This document shows positions 55,659-64,000 of a stretch of DNA of 64,000 nucleotides, one piece after another. This DNA comes from an uncultured Candidatus Binatia bacterium (GTDB lineage Bacteria > Desulfobacterota > Binatia > UBA9968 > JAJDTQ01). The position numbers and the translations under genes were made by a program. How positions within the stretch are numbered: the stretch's first letter is position 1; each line of letters starts with the position of its first letter. The stretch spans positions 1,088,001 through 1,152,000 of the forward strand of contig OZ251459.1 of the NCBI GenBank assembly GCA_965242525.1, read 5' to 3'. Below the pieces are notes generated by a model. The model did no database searches. It was given only the letters and a program-made list of their open reading frames with translations, and was not told the origin of the DNA.

Positions 55659-57728
55659 ATGTTCGACTACTTCGGCTCGCTGTTCGACGGACTCGCCGCG
55701 GTCCTGCCGTTCTCGGCCGCGGGGCAGGACCCCTTCGTGTTCATGCTGGTGGGCATCGCCATCGGCTTCGCGGTGGGCATCCTGCCGGGGCTCGGCGGCG
55801 CCACCACCCTGGCGCTGATGCTGCCGTTCATCTACAAGATGGACCCCACCACCGCGTTCGCCTTCCTCCTGGGCAGCCACGCGGTCACCGCCACCACCGG
55901 GGACATCACCTCGGTGCTGTTCGGGGTCCCCGGGGAAGGCATCACCGCGGCCACCATCGTGGACGGCCACGCCATGGCCAAGAACGGCGAAGCGGGCCGG
56001 GCCCTGGGAGCGGCGCTCATGAGCTCCCTGGTGGGAGCGGTCTTCGGCGCCTTCGCGCTGGCCCTGGCCATCCCCGTGGTCCAGCCCCTGGTGCTCTCCA
56101 TCGGCGCGCCGGAGTTCCTGATGCTCAGCCTCCTGGGCATCACCTTCCTGGCGTCCCTGAGCGGCGGCAACCTGTGCAAGGGACTGACGGCCGGCGGCTT
56201 CGGCCTGGTGCTGGCCATGGTGGGGCTCGACGAGATCACCAGCGTGTCCCGCTACACCCTGGAGCCCCTGCTCGGCAGCCGGAACGTCCTGTTCCTGTGG
56301 GACGGCCTGTCCCTGGTGGCGGTGACCGTGGGCCTGTTCGCCATCCCGGAGATCATCGAGCTGGGGACCCAGGGAAGCAGCATCGCCCGGGACGCTCCGG
56401 GCCGGCTGGGCGGGGTCATGGAAGGGATCCGGGACACCTTCCGGCACTGGAAACTGGTGCTCCGGTGCAGCGCCATCGGCGCCTACATCGGCCTCATCCC
56501 GGGGCTGGGCGGCGGTCCGGCCCAGTGGGTCGCGTACGCCCACGCGGTCCAGAGCGGCGGGGACCCGGGGCGCTTCGGTCGAGGCGCGGTGGAAGGGGTC
56601 CTGGGGCCCGGCGCAGCCAACAACTCCAAGGAGGGCGGCTCCCTGGTCCCCACCGTCGCCTTCGGCGTGCCCGGAAGCGTGGGCATGGCCATCCTGCTGG
56701 GGGCCTTCGTCATCCAGGGCATCGTCCCGGGGCCGGACCTGCTGAACCCCCACAAGCACCTGACCCTGACCTTCTCCTTCGTGTGGATCATCGTCCTGTC
56801 CAACGTGGTCACCGTGGCCGTCTGCCTGCTGTTCCTCAAGCAGTTGGCCCGGGTCACCTTCGTCAAGGGGACTTATCTCATCCCCTTCCTGCTGTTGCTC
56901 ATCTACCTGGGCGGATTCGCGGTCAAGAACAGCTTCGGCGACATGATCGTGGTGCTGCTGTTCGGCGCCGTCGGCTGGCTGATGGTGCGCTACGACTGGC
57001 AGCGCCCGCCCCTGCTGCTGGGGCTCGTGCTGGGGGGCATCGCCGACAACAACCTGTTCCTCACCAACCGCATCTACGGCATGAGCTGGGTGGCCCGGCC
57101 CGGAGTCCTCGTCATCGCGCTCATGATCGTCCTGGCCCTGCTGTATCCCCTGTGGCAGGGCCGCCGCCGGCGCAGGGAAGGCGCCGGGAGCGCCGAACTT
57201 GGGGGAGCGTACGCGGACGCCGGGCCGCAGGAGGCCGGAGGGAACTCTTTCGGTTGGGGCCGTCTCCTCTTCGCGCTCTTCATGGCCGCGGTCTTCTTCT
57301 ACGTGGTGGAAGAGGCCCTCTACGGCTTCGGCGCGGTGGAGAAGTCCGCGGCCCTGTTCCCCCTGGCGGTGGGCGTCCCGAGCCTGGTCCTCGCCCTGTG
57401 GGCACTGGTCCAGGAGTGGCGCCGTCCGGCTTCCGCCCCCGCGGCGGAGAGCGCCGCCGCGGCCGCGGAGCGCGCGGCCCTGCGCCGCCGCACCGGGGCC
57501 ATCGTCGGCTGGACCGGGGGCTTCTTCCTCATGATCTGGCTGCTGGGGTTCGTCGGCGCGTCCGCGGCGGCGACCCTGCTCTACCTCAAGCTGGGCGCGG
57601 GCGAGGGATGGGGCGTCAGTGCGGCCCTGGCCGCGGTGGCGTGGGCCTTCTTCTACGGGCTCTTCGACTATGCGCTGCGCCTGCCGTTCCCGCCGGGGGA
57701 ACTGTTCGTCTGGCTCGGCATGGCCTGA
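55659..57728 (+). CDS. Tripartite tricarboxylate transporter permease TctA with fused C-terminal TctB-like domain
   Basis: GILPGLG, FGVPG, DGHAMAKNG, ANNSKEGG; an extra ~150 aa ending FDYALRLPFPPG (TctB-like). Confidence 0.88.
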   Translation: MFDYFGSLFDGLAAVLPFSAAGQDPFVFMLVGIAIGFAVGILPGLGGATTLALMLPFIYKMDPTTAFAFLLGSHAVTATTGDITSVLFGVPGEGITAATIVDGHAMAKNGEAGRALGAALMSSLVGAVFGAFALALAIPVVQPLVLSIGAPEFLMLSLLGITFLASLSGGNLCKGLTAGGFGLVLAMVGLDEITSVSRYTLEPLLGSRNVLFLWDGLSLVAVTVGLFAIPEIIELGTQGSSIARDAPGRLGGVMEGIRDTFRHWKLVLRCSAIGAYIGLIPGLGGGPAQWVAYAHAVQSGGDPGRFGRGAVEGVLGPGAANNSKEGGSLVPTVAFGVPGSVGMAILLGAFVIQGIVPGPDLLNPHKHLTLTFSFVWIIVLSNVVTVAVCLLFLKQLARVTFVKGTYLIPFLLLLIYLGGFAVKNSFGDMIVVLLFGAVGWLMVRYDWQRPPLLLGLVLGGIADNNLFLTNRIYGMSWVARPGVLVIALMIVLALLYPLWQGRRRRREGAGSAELGGAYADAGPQEAGGNSFGWGRLLFALFMAAVFFYVVEEALYGFGAVEKSAALFPLAVGVPSLVLALWALVQEWRRPASAPAAESAAAAAERAALRRRTGAIVGWTGGFFLMIWLLGFVGASAAATLLYLKLGAGEGWGVSAALAAVAWAFFYGLFDYALRLPFPPGELFVWLGMA

Positions 57729-57774
57729 CCGGGTCCGCGGCGGCAAGGCGGGGGAACCGACGAGGGGTCGAGGG

Positions 57775-59325
57775 ATGGACGAAACCTGGGACCGGGAGAC
57801 CGACGTGGTGGTGGCGGGTTACGGGTATTCCGGCGGCGTGGCCGGGATCGTGGCCCACGACCACGGCGCCGAGGTGCAGATCCTGGAGAAGATGGAGCGC
57901 CCCGGGGGCAACTCCATCCTCTCCGGCGGTTTCTTCCGCATCACCGACGACGTGGACAAGGCGTTCGCCTACCTGAAGCGCCTGTGCCTGAACACCGTCC
58001 CGGACCCGGTGATCCACGCTTTCGCCAGGGAGCTGCACACCCTCCCGGGGTTCGTGAAGGAGCTCGCCGACGCCTCCGACGTGACCGTGCAGGAGCGGCG
58101 CGGCACCGGCGGCACCTACCGTTTCGAACACGGCCCTCCCGGAGACGCCCTGGGCCTGCTGGCGGTGAAGACGGACCGGGCCCAGTGCTATCCGTGGCTG
58201 CAAGTCCACGGCACCGGCTGGATCGCGTTCAAGGCGGTGGACGACAACGTGCGCAAGCGGGACATCCGCGTGTCGCTCTCCACGCCCGTGCGGGAACTGG
58301 TGTCGGACGGCAGCGGCCGGGTGGCGGGGGTGGTGGCCGAGGAGAAGGGGAGGCGCCTGCGCATCAGGGCCCGGAAGGGGGTGGTGCTCGCCGCGGGCGG
58401 GTTCGAGCACAACGAGCAGCTCCGGCTCCAGTACCTCCAGGCCCAGCCCTTCTACCCCATCTGCGCCCCGGGCAACACCGGCGACGGCCTGCTCATGGGG
58501 CAGAAGGCGGGCGCGGGCCTGTGGCACATGTGGCACGTGCACGGCGGCTACGGCTTCAAGGCGCCGGAGTTCCCCATCGCCTTCCGGCACCGCATCCAGG
58601 GACGGCACGGGGCCAACCACATGCCCCGGCCCGGGGAGGAGTTCTCCCTCAAGAGCGGCGACGAAGGGCCGAAGATGATGCCCTGGATCGTGGTGGACCG
58701 GTTCGGCAAGCGCTACATGGACGAGTACCCGCCCGCGCCCCAGGACAGCCCTTGGCGCGACATGAGCCTCTACGACGTGCACATCAAGGACTTCCCCCGC
58801 ATACCGTCGTGGATGGTGTTCGACGAGAACGGCCGCATCACCGGCCCCATGTTCACGCCCATCAGCGACGACCCGGCCTACCGTTACGAGTGGAGCGAGG
58901 ACAACACCGCGGAGCTGGCCAGGGGCTGGATCAGGCAGGCTCCCACCGTCGAGGAGCTCGCCCGCGCCATCGGCGTGCCGGAGCAGGCCCTGGCGGCTAC
59001 GGTGGCGCGCTGGAACCAGCTCTGCGAGCGGGGCGAGGACGTGGACTTCCAGCGGTTCGCCGGAAGCCATTTCCCCCTGTTCAAGCCGCCGTTCTACGCG
59101 GTGGAGGTCTGGCCCGTCATCACCAACACCCAGGGGGCGTTGGCCCACGACCGGCGCCAGCGGGTGCTGGACAGCCGGGGCGAGCCCATCCCCGGCCTCT
59201 ACTGCGCCGGCGAGATGGGCGGGGTGTTCGGACACCTGTACCTGAACTCGGGCAACAACTCGGAAGCGTTCATCACCGGCAGGATCGCCGGACGGAGCGC
59301 GGCCGGCGAGCGGGACCGCGCGTGA
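57775..59325 (+). CDS. FAD-dependent oxidoreductase, paralog of 54112-55623
   Basis: VAGYGYSG, LAAGGF, NTGDG, LWHMWHVHG, NTQG, IPGLYCAGE. Confidence 0.88.
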   Translation: MDETWDRETDVVVAGYGYSGGVAGIVAHDHGAEVQILEKMERPGGNSILSGGFFRITDDVDKAFAYLKRLCLNTVPDPVIHAFARELHTLPGFVKELADASDVTVQERRGTGGTYRFEHGPPGDALGLLAVKTDRAQCYPWLQVHGTGWIAFKAVDDNVRKRDIRVSLSTPVRELVSDGSGRVAGVVAEEKGRRLRIRARKGVVLAAGGFEHNEQLRLQYLQAQPFYPICAPGNTGDGLLMGQKAGAGLWHMWHVHGGYGFKAPEFPIAFRHRIQGRHGANHMPRPGEEFSLKSGDEGPKMMPWIVVDRFGKRYMDEYPPAPQDSPWRDMSLYDVHIKDFPRIPSWMVFDENGRITGPMFTPISDDPAYRYEWSEDNTAELARGWIRQAPTVEELARAIGVPEQALAATVARWNQLCERGEDVDFQRFAGSHFPLFKPPFYAVEVWPVITNTQGALAHDRRQRVLDSRGEPIPGLYCAGEMGGVFGHLYLNSGNNSEAFITGRIAGRSAAGERDRA

Positions 59326-60290
59326 GCGTGCTGGTCACCGGCGGGACCGGCTTCGTGGGCGTCCACGTGGCGGCCCAACTGGCCGAGTCGGGCGAGTCAG
59401 TGGTCTCTTTCTCCGCCGCGGACGGGCCGGACGACGCCTCGCTGGACCTCCTGGGGCCGGCCGGGAAGCGCGTGGCCTGGGTGCAGGGCGACGTCCTGGA
59501 CCTGGACCTCCTGTGCGGGGAAATGGAGCGCCGCGGGGTGGACGGGGTGGTCCACGGGGCCGCGGTCACCGCCATCGGCGAGTTGGAGGCGGAGGCCGCG
59601 CGGCAGGCCGCCACCGTGAACGTGGGCGGGGCCGCCACCGTGCTGGAAGCCGCGCGGCTCGCGGGAGTCCGGCGCTTCGTGCACCTGAGCTCGGCGAGCG
59701 TTTACGGCCCCGGGGACCCCGGGACCCCCTTGGACGAGGAGCGGCCCCCGGAACCCCGGGGCATCTACGGCGTCACCAAGCGCGCCGCGGAAGATGTGGT
59801 CCTCCGCTGCTTCGAACTCTTCGGCATGAGCGGCGCGGTGGTGCGCATCTCGGCGCCCTACGGCCCGCTGGAGCGCCCCACCCCCATGCGCACGGTCATG
59901 TCGCCGGTGTACCACTGGTGCCGCGCGGCCCTGGCGGGCCGGGAGGTGGAGCTCGCGGAAGACCTGGAGCGGGACCTCACCTACGTGTCGGACACGGCCC
60001 GGTGCGTGGCGCTGGCCTTCCGCAAGCCGGACCTGCGCCGCCGGGTCTATAACGCGAGCTGCGGCGAGAACCTCCGTTTCTCCGACGTCCTTGCGGCTCT
60101 GGCGCGGGTCCGACCGGGCTTCCGCTTCCGCCTCGCGGAAGGCCGGGCCCTGTCGCCGTTCTTCCGCGACAGCCTGCGGGGACCCTTGTCCATGGAGCGG
60201 ACCGGGGAAGAGCTCGGCTTCGCCCCGCGGTACGACATCGAAAGCGGGCTGGGCCGCTACCTGGAATGGCTGGAGCGCCATCCCGCCTGA
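59322..60290 (+). CDS. NAD-dependent epimerase/dehydratase
   Basis: VTGGTGFVG, SSASVYG, YGVTK. Confidence 0.9.
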   Translation: MSVLVTGGTGFVGVHVAAQLAESGESVVSFSAADGPDDASLDLLGPAGKRVAWVQGDVLDLDLLCGEMERRGVDGVVHGAAVTAIGELEAEAARQAATVNVGGAATVLEAARLAGVRRFVHLSSASVYGPGDPGTPLDEERPPEPRGIYGVTKRAAEDVVLRCFELFGMSGAVVRISAPYGPLERPTPMRTVMSPVYHWCRAALAGREVELAEDLERDLTYVSDTARCVALAFRKPDLRRRVYNASCGENLRFSDVLAALARVRPGFRFRLAEGRALSPFFRDSLRGPLSMERTGEELGFAPRYDIESGLGRYLEWLERHPA

Positions 60291-60314
60291 GCGCCCGTCC
60301 GGGAAGGAGTCCCC

Positions 60315-60989
60315 ATGCCGAAGCTCATCGACCTGAGCCTGCCGTTGACCACCCGGGTGACCGTGGTGCCGGGCCATCCGGGCCTGTCGTTCCACCCCAT
60401 CCATACCCACGAGACCCACGGGCGCTCCAACACCGAGATGCGCGCCAGCATCCACACGGGCACCCACTGCGACCCGCCGTTCCATTTCGTCCCCGAGGGC
60501 AAGACCATCGACCAAGTGCCGCTGGAGCGCTTCATGGGCCCCGCGGTCAAGATCGACCTGCGCCGCAAGGCCAGGCCCCGGACCGGCGTCACCATCGACC
60601 ACGTGCGCTCCTCCCCGGGCTTCCGCGAGGAGGACCTGGAGGGAAGGATCGTGGTGCTCCATACCGGCTGGAACCGCAAGATGTTCGGCGACCCCAACTA
60701 CTATTTCGACAACCCCTTCCTCACCGTGGAGCTGGCCCGCTGGCTGGCGTCGAAGCGCATCAGGGCGTTGGCCCTGGACTCGCCCCAGGACCGGGTGGAA
60801 GGGCCGCCGCACCCCGGCGACTTCCCGGTGCACCGCGCCTTCCTGGGCAGGGGCATCCCGTTCATCGAGCACCTGGCCAACCTGCACAAGGTCCGCACGC
60901 GGACCTTCACGCTGGTCGCGTTTCCCATCCGGATCGAGGGGGGAGACGGCGCGCCGTGCCGCGCCGTTGCGGTGGTGGAGACGGGGTAG
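60315..60989 (+). CDS. Cyclase family (kynurenine formamidase-like) metal hydrolase
   Basis: HTGTHCDPP, HTGW, IEHL.NL, DGAPCRAVA. Confidence 0.92.
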   Translation: MPKLIDLSLPLTTRVTVVPGHPGLSFHPIHTHETHGRSNTEMRASIHTGTHCDPPFHFVPEGKTIDQVPLERFMGPAVKIDLRRKARPRTGVTIDHVRSSPGFREEDLEGRIVVLHTGWNRKMFGDPNYYFDNPFLTVELARWLASKRIRALALDSPQDRVEGPPHPGDFPVHRAFLGRGIPFIEHLANLHKVRTRTFTLVAFPIRIEGGDGAPCRAVAVVETG

Positions 60990-61048
60990 GGGGCTGCGGC
61001 CCCTCCCGGAAGGAGACGCCGCAGCCGTTTCCGGTCAGGTCCCGGACG

Positions 61049-62086
61049 TCACCTGGGCAGCATCCACTCGAGTCGCTTCCTGGTCTCCGGGGACATGGAC
61101 AGGATCGTGTCCACGTGCCGGTCGGCCTCCTCCCCGGAAACGTACACCACGTTCAGTTTGGACTTCCCGGCGTCCGCCAGGAAAGCGGGGTCCTTCAGGG
61201 TGGCCGCATACGCCTTGCGCCAGACCGCCACCCGTTCCTTGGGCGTGCCCGGCGAGAGCGTCAACGGGCGCTGGAAGTTGTACTGGACGCCCCAGGCCCG
61301 GAGCATGGCCACGTTGTCCTCGCCCTTCACCAGGTCCCGCACCCGGGGCACGTCCCGGACCTCCGCGTCGGGAGGGTTGCCGTACACCAGGATCGGGATG
61401 AGCTTGTCGCCGCCCGCGGCGTCGAGCATGGAGCGGGCGGTGACCCGCATGGACTCGAACGCCATGCACACTCCGCCCAGCTCCCGGGCCTGCATGGCCA
61501 GGCGCACCTTGGAGGTGCCCTTGTACCCGGGAACGATGTCGAAGAGCTTCTTGCCGGAAGCGATGTTGAGGATGGTGGGCAGGGTGGTGCCGGTGCCCCC
61601 GGCCGAGCCCACCTTGAGGGGCTTGCCGGACTTCACCAAGTCGTCCCAGGTCCTGATTCCGGTGAACCCCATCACCGCGCAACTGGGCCACCCGGTGACG
61701 GGCGCGCCCACCCAGCCGAAGTTCCGTCCCTGGAAATGGACGCGCCGGGAGCCCAGCGCCTCGTGCAGGAGGAACACGTTGTTCCACACCCCCACAGTCA
61801 GGCCGTCGGGCTTGACCTTGTTGTAGAGGTAGTTGGCGACGATGAGGCCCCCCGCGCCGGTCATGTTCTGCACCACCGGGGTGGGGTTTCCGGGGAAATG
61901 CTTGCCGATGTGGCGCGCCGCGGTGCGGGTGTAGGTGTCGTAGCCTCCGCCCGGCGACGCCCCGACGATGAACCGAAGGGTCTTGCCCCTGTAGAAGTCC
62001 GCGTCGCTCCACGCGGCGCTCGAAAGGCCCAGCACGAGCGCCAGCGCGGCGCTGGTCCCCATCCACTTGGCAGGCGCTTTCTTCAT
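61049..62086 (-). CDS. TctC/Bug family substrate-binding protein
   Basis: Signal peptide; GASPGGGYDTYTR, VQNMTGAGG, KPDGLT. Confidence 0.92.
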   Translation of the reverse strand: MKKAPAKWMGTSAALALVLGLSSAAWSDADFYRGKTLRFIVGASPGGGYDTYTRTAARHIGKHFPGNPTPVVQNMTGAGGLIVANYLYNKVKPDGLTVGVWNNVFLLHEALGSRRVHFQGRNFGWVGAPVTGWPSCAVMGFTGIRTWDDLVKSGKPLKVGSAGGTGTTLPTILNIASGKKLFDIVPGYKGTSKVRLAMQARELGGVCMAFESMRVTARSMLDAAGGDKLIPILVYGNPPDAEVRDVPRVRDLVKGEDNVAMLRAWGVQYNFQRPLTLSPGTPKERVAVWRKAYAATLKDPAFLADAGKSKLNVVYVSGEEADRHVDTILSMSPETRKRLEWMLPR

Positions 62087-62190
62087 CCGTCCGCTCCCTT
62101 CCCGGTGGCGTTTCGGCCGGCGCCGAACCCGCGAAGGATGCAAGAGACCGCAAGGGTTTGTCAAGCGGCAAAAAGGAGGGGTTGGCGAGG

Positions 62191-64000
62191 TCAATCGGGA
62201 GCAGGGTTCGCCGGTATCTCTACTCTCCAGCCTTCCGCGTCATATACGGGTGACCCCCTGCGGTGTCCGTGGTGTCCCGTCCTGATGCGGGAGACGGGAT
62301 CATCGGGGAGGGGAAAGACAGCGATGCACTTCCCTTCGAATGGCACGACGGAGCTCCATATCCGCGAGTTGAAACCGCTGAGGAGGCGCCATTCGTGGGA
62401 ATTTTTCGGGTCTTCCGGGACCACCTCCACGAAGACTTGCCTCCATCTCAAATCCTCCCGGACGCAGGGAGCCTTGACGTGGGTCAGTGCGTCGTCACCG
62501 AGATAGACGTCGAACCGGGAACGCGCTACGAGGTCTCCGGACACCGCATGCCGGTACGTAGCCCGGTACAACTCGTCCAGGTCGTCGATACCTGCCGAAT
62601 CATACAGGAACACCAGTTCGTTTTCAGGGGTAAGCAGGGAGTCGCTCTCTACTCGGTCGTGGGTGAGGATGAAGTCGGCGGCGGCAACTCCCATGTCGAA
62701 GGGTTGCGCCAGCAAGCTTCCGGCGAGGTAGTAGTCCCATGTGCGATACTGGTGCATGAGATGCCCGGACCATTCCGGCCCGACGGACCCGAGGAGCATG
62801 ACCACCTTTCCCCGGGTGGTCTCGCGGATGGCCCCGAGTTCGGCCATGGCCGCCTTCTGGACCTCCACCGCACGGGGGTCAGCCCGCCGTCGTTGATCCA
62901 TCTGGAAGGCAGAGGCCACGAAGGCGAGCAGCGCCGCAACCGCAAGGCCGACCACCGGCCCACGCCCCCAGCGCCGGCGCACGTACAGCAGCAGCAGCGA
63001 ATACGACACCAGCGGCACGCCCACGTAGTACAGGGCCTCGTGCGCGTGTACGGGTTGCGCCACGTTATGGCGCATGGGCAGCGCCCAGCAGAACCCCGAC
63101 AGGGCAAGGGTGGCCAGCAGCAGGCGGTGGCGCCGGACCAACAGCGACCTCGCAAGCCGGACCACCACCAAAGAGGCCACCGCCGCCAGCAGCAACGACA
63201 CGACGTAAACCGACAACTCCGGCCACGAAAGGCCGGTCTCCGAAAAGGGGACCGACGGAAACAACCCCCGCAAACCCGCCCCCCAGTCGCTCACCACCAG
63301 GGGGACCGATGCCACCCGGACACGATGGAACTGCTGTCGCAGGAAGCGCAGCCACCACCCGGGGTCGAAGGAGGCCTCCACCTCCGGGTCCAGTCCGGTG
63401 CGCCTGAGCATGGACCGGAACGAAGGCAGTTCGCTCACCGGGGTCTCGCCTCGGAACGCGGTGTACTCGTTGGCGAAGTTGAAGCTCAGGACGGCCATGC
63501 CGAACAGCAGTGCGGCCAAGCCAAGGGCCGCGTAGCGGCTGCGCAGCACCGCCGCCCCGGAAGAGCACACACGCGGCCACACCGCGGTCCCGTCCCTCCA
63601 CGCCCGGATCGCCTCGCCCGCCAGGCCCAGGAGGATGAAGGGCAGCAGGAAGGCGTACACGTGCCACCCCAGCAGCAGCGCAACGCCGGTCTTGGCCAGC
63701 AACTGGGGGAACCGTCCCTCCTGCACGAACACCACCATGCCGTGGAAGGCCAGCATGACCGCGAACAGGTCCACGCTGGCCTCGGTCTGGACCGCCACGT
63801 CGTTGTAGAAGAGCATGTAGTAGGAAGAGAAGGCCGCGAGGGTGGCGGCTACTGCGACCCAGGGGCGGGAGGTGATGCGTGCGAGGGCATGGAAGGCCAG
63901 GACCGCGGCGGCACTGAACAGGAGCAGCATGAGCATGCGGGCGGCGAGGATCTTTGCGGAGAGGTCGTTTCCGAAAGGGAAGATGGCGAGTTTGATGAGT
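62191..64000 (-). CDS. Multi-pass membrane protein (GT-C-like) with C-terminal soluble domain; 5' end outside window; paralog of 1-1557
   Basis: ORF is open to the window edge (…KLAIFPFGNDLSAKILAARMLMLLLFSAAAV…) and shares long near-identical blocks with 1-1557. Confidence 0.8.
   Translation of the reverse strand, partial: LIKLAIFPFGNDLSAKILAARMLMLLLFSAAAVLAFHALARITSRPWVAVAATLAAFSSYYMLFYNDVAVQTEASVDLFAVMLAFHGMVVFVQEGRFPQLLAKTGVALLLGWHVYAFLLPFILLGLAGEAIRAWRDGTAVWPRVCSSGAAVLRSRYAALGLAALLFGMAVLSFNFANEYTAFRGETPVSELPSFRSMLRRTGLDPEVEASFDPGWWLRFLRQQFHRVRVASVPLVVSDWGAGLRGLFPSVPFSETGLSWPELSVYVVSLLLAAVASLVVVRLARSLLVRRHRLLLATLALSGFCWALPMRHNVAQPVHAHEALYYVGVPLVSYSLLLLYVRRRWGRGPVVGLAVAALLAFVASAFQMDQRRRADPRAVEVQKAAMAELGAIRETTRGKVVMLLGSVGPEWSGHLMHQYRTWDYYLAGSLLAQPFDMGVAAADFILTHDRVESDSLLTPENELVFLYDSAGIDDLDELYRATYRHAVSGDLVARSRFDVYLGDDALTHVKAPCVREDLRWRQVFVEVVPEDPKNSHEWRLLSGFNSRIWSSVVPFEGKCIAVFPLPDDPVSRIRTGHHGHRRGSPVYDAEGWRVEIPANPAPD

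Overview
A GC-rich 64-kb window of a bacterial chromosome. The gene content (TTT and BMP-type ABC transporters, several SDRs, amidohydrolase, flavoproteins, CoA transferase) resembles Deltaproteobacteria/Binatota-like sponge symbionts, but that is inference only. Most of it is ordinary catabolic and housekeeping content: grxC, tldD/E-like pair, UbiD, ComF, a purine ABC transporter, tRNA-Arg(CCG), gloB, a pcs-like gene, arfB, sppA and a TctAB/TctC catabolic cluster. Three accessory hotspots stand out. (1) 6.2-10.5 kb: a 145-bp direct repeat brackets a trimeric autotransporter adhesin with an upstream C24 tract, a collapsed higBA remnant, and a ~370-nt structured transcript with its own promoter and terminator and a 12-aa leader ORF, in front of a DOPA-dioxygenase-family gene. 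(2) 18.0-24.7 kb: three paralogous single-pass membrane proteins carry variable numbers of His-containing 11-aa repeats, each behind a conserved hairpin that sequesters the RBS. They are interleaved with an orphan Phd antitoxin and followed by a MITE and a Type III R-M system. This is the best candidate for an undescribed system. (3) 40.1-45.5 kb: a retropepsin-like protease and a second, divergent Type III R-M system. Two MITE families carry CGTC-type REP hairpins. Two paralogous GT-C-like membrane-protein genes are cut by the window ends. No CRISPR array, integrase, transposase or reverse transcriptase was seen.
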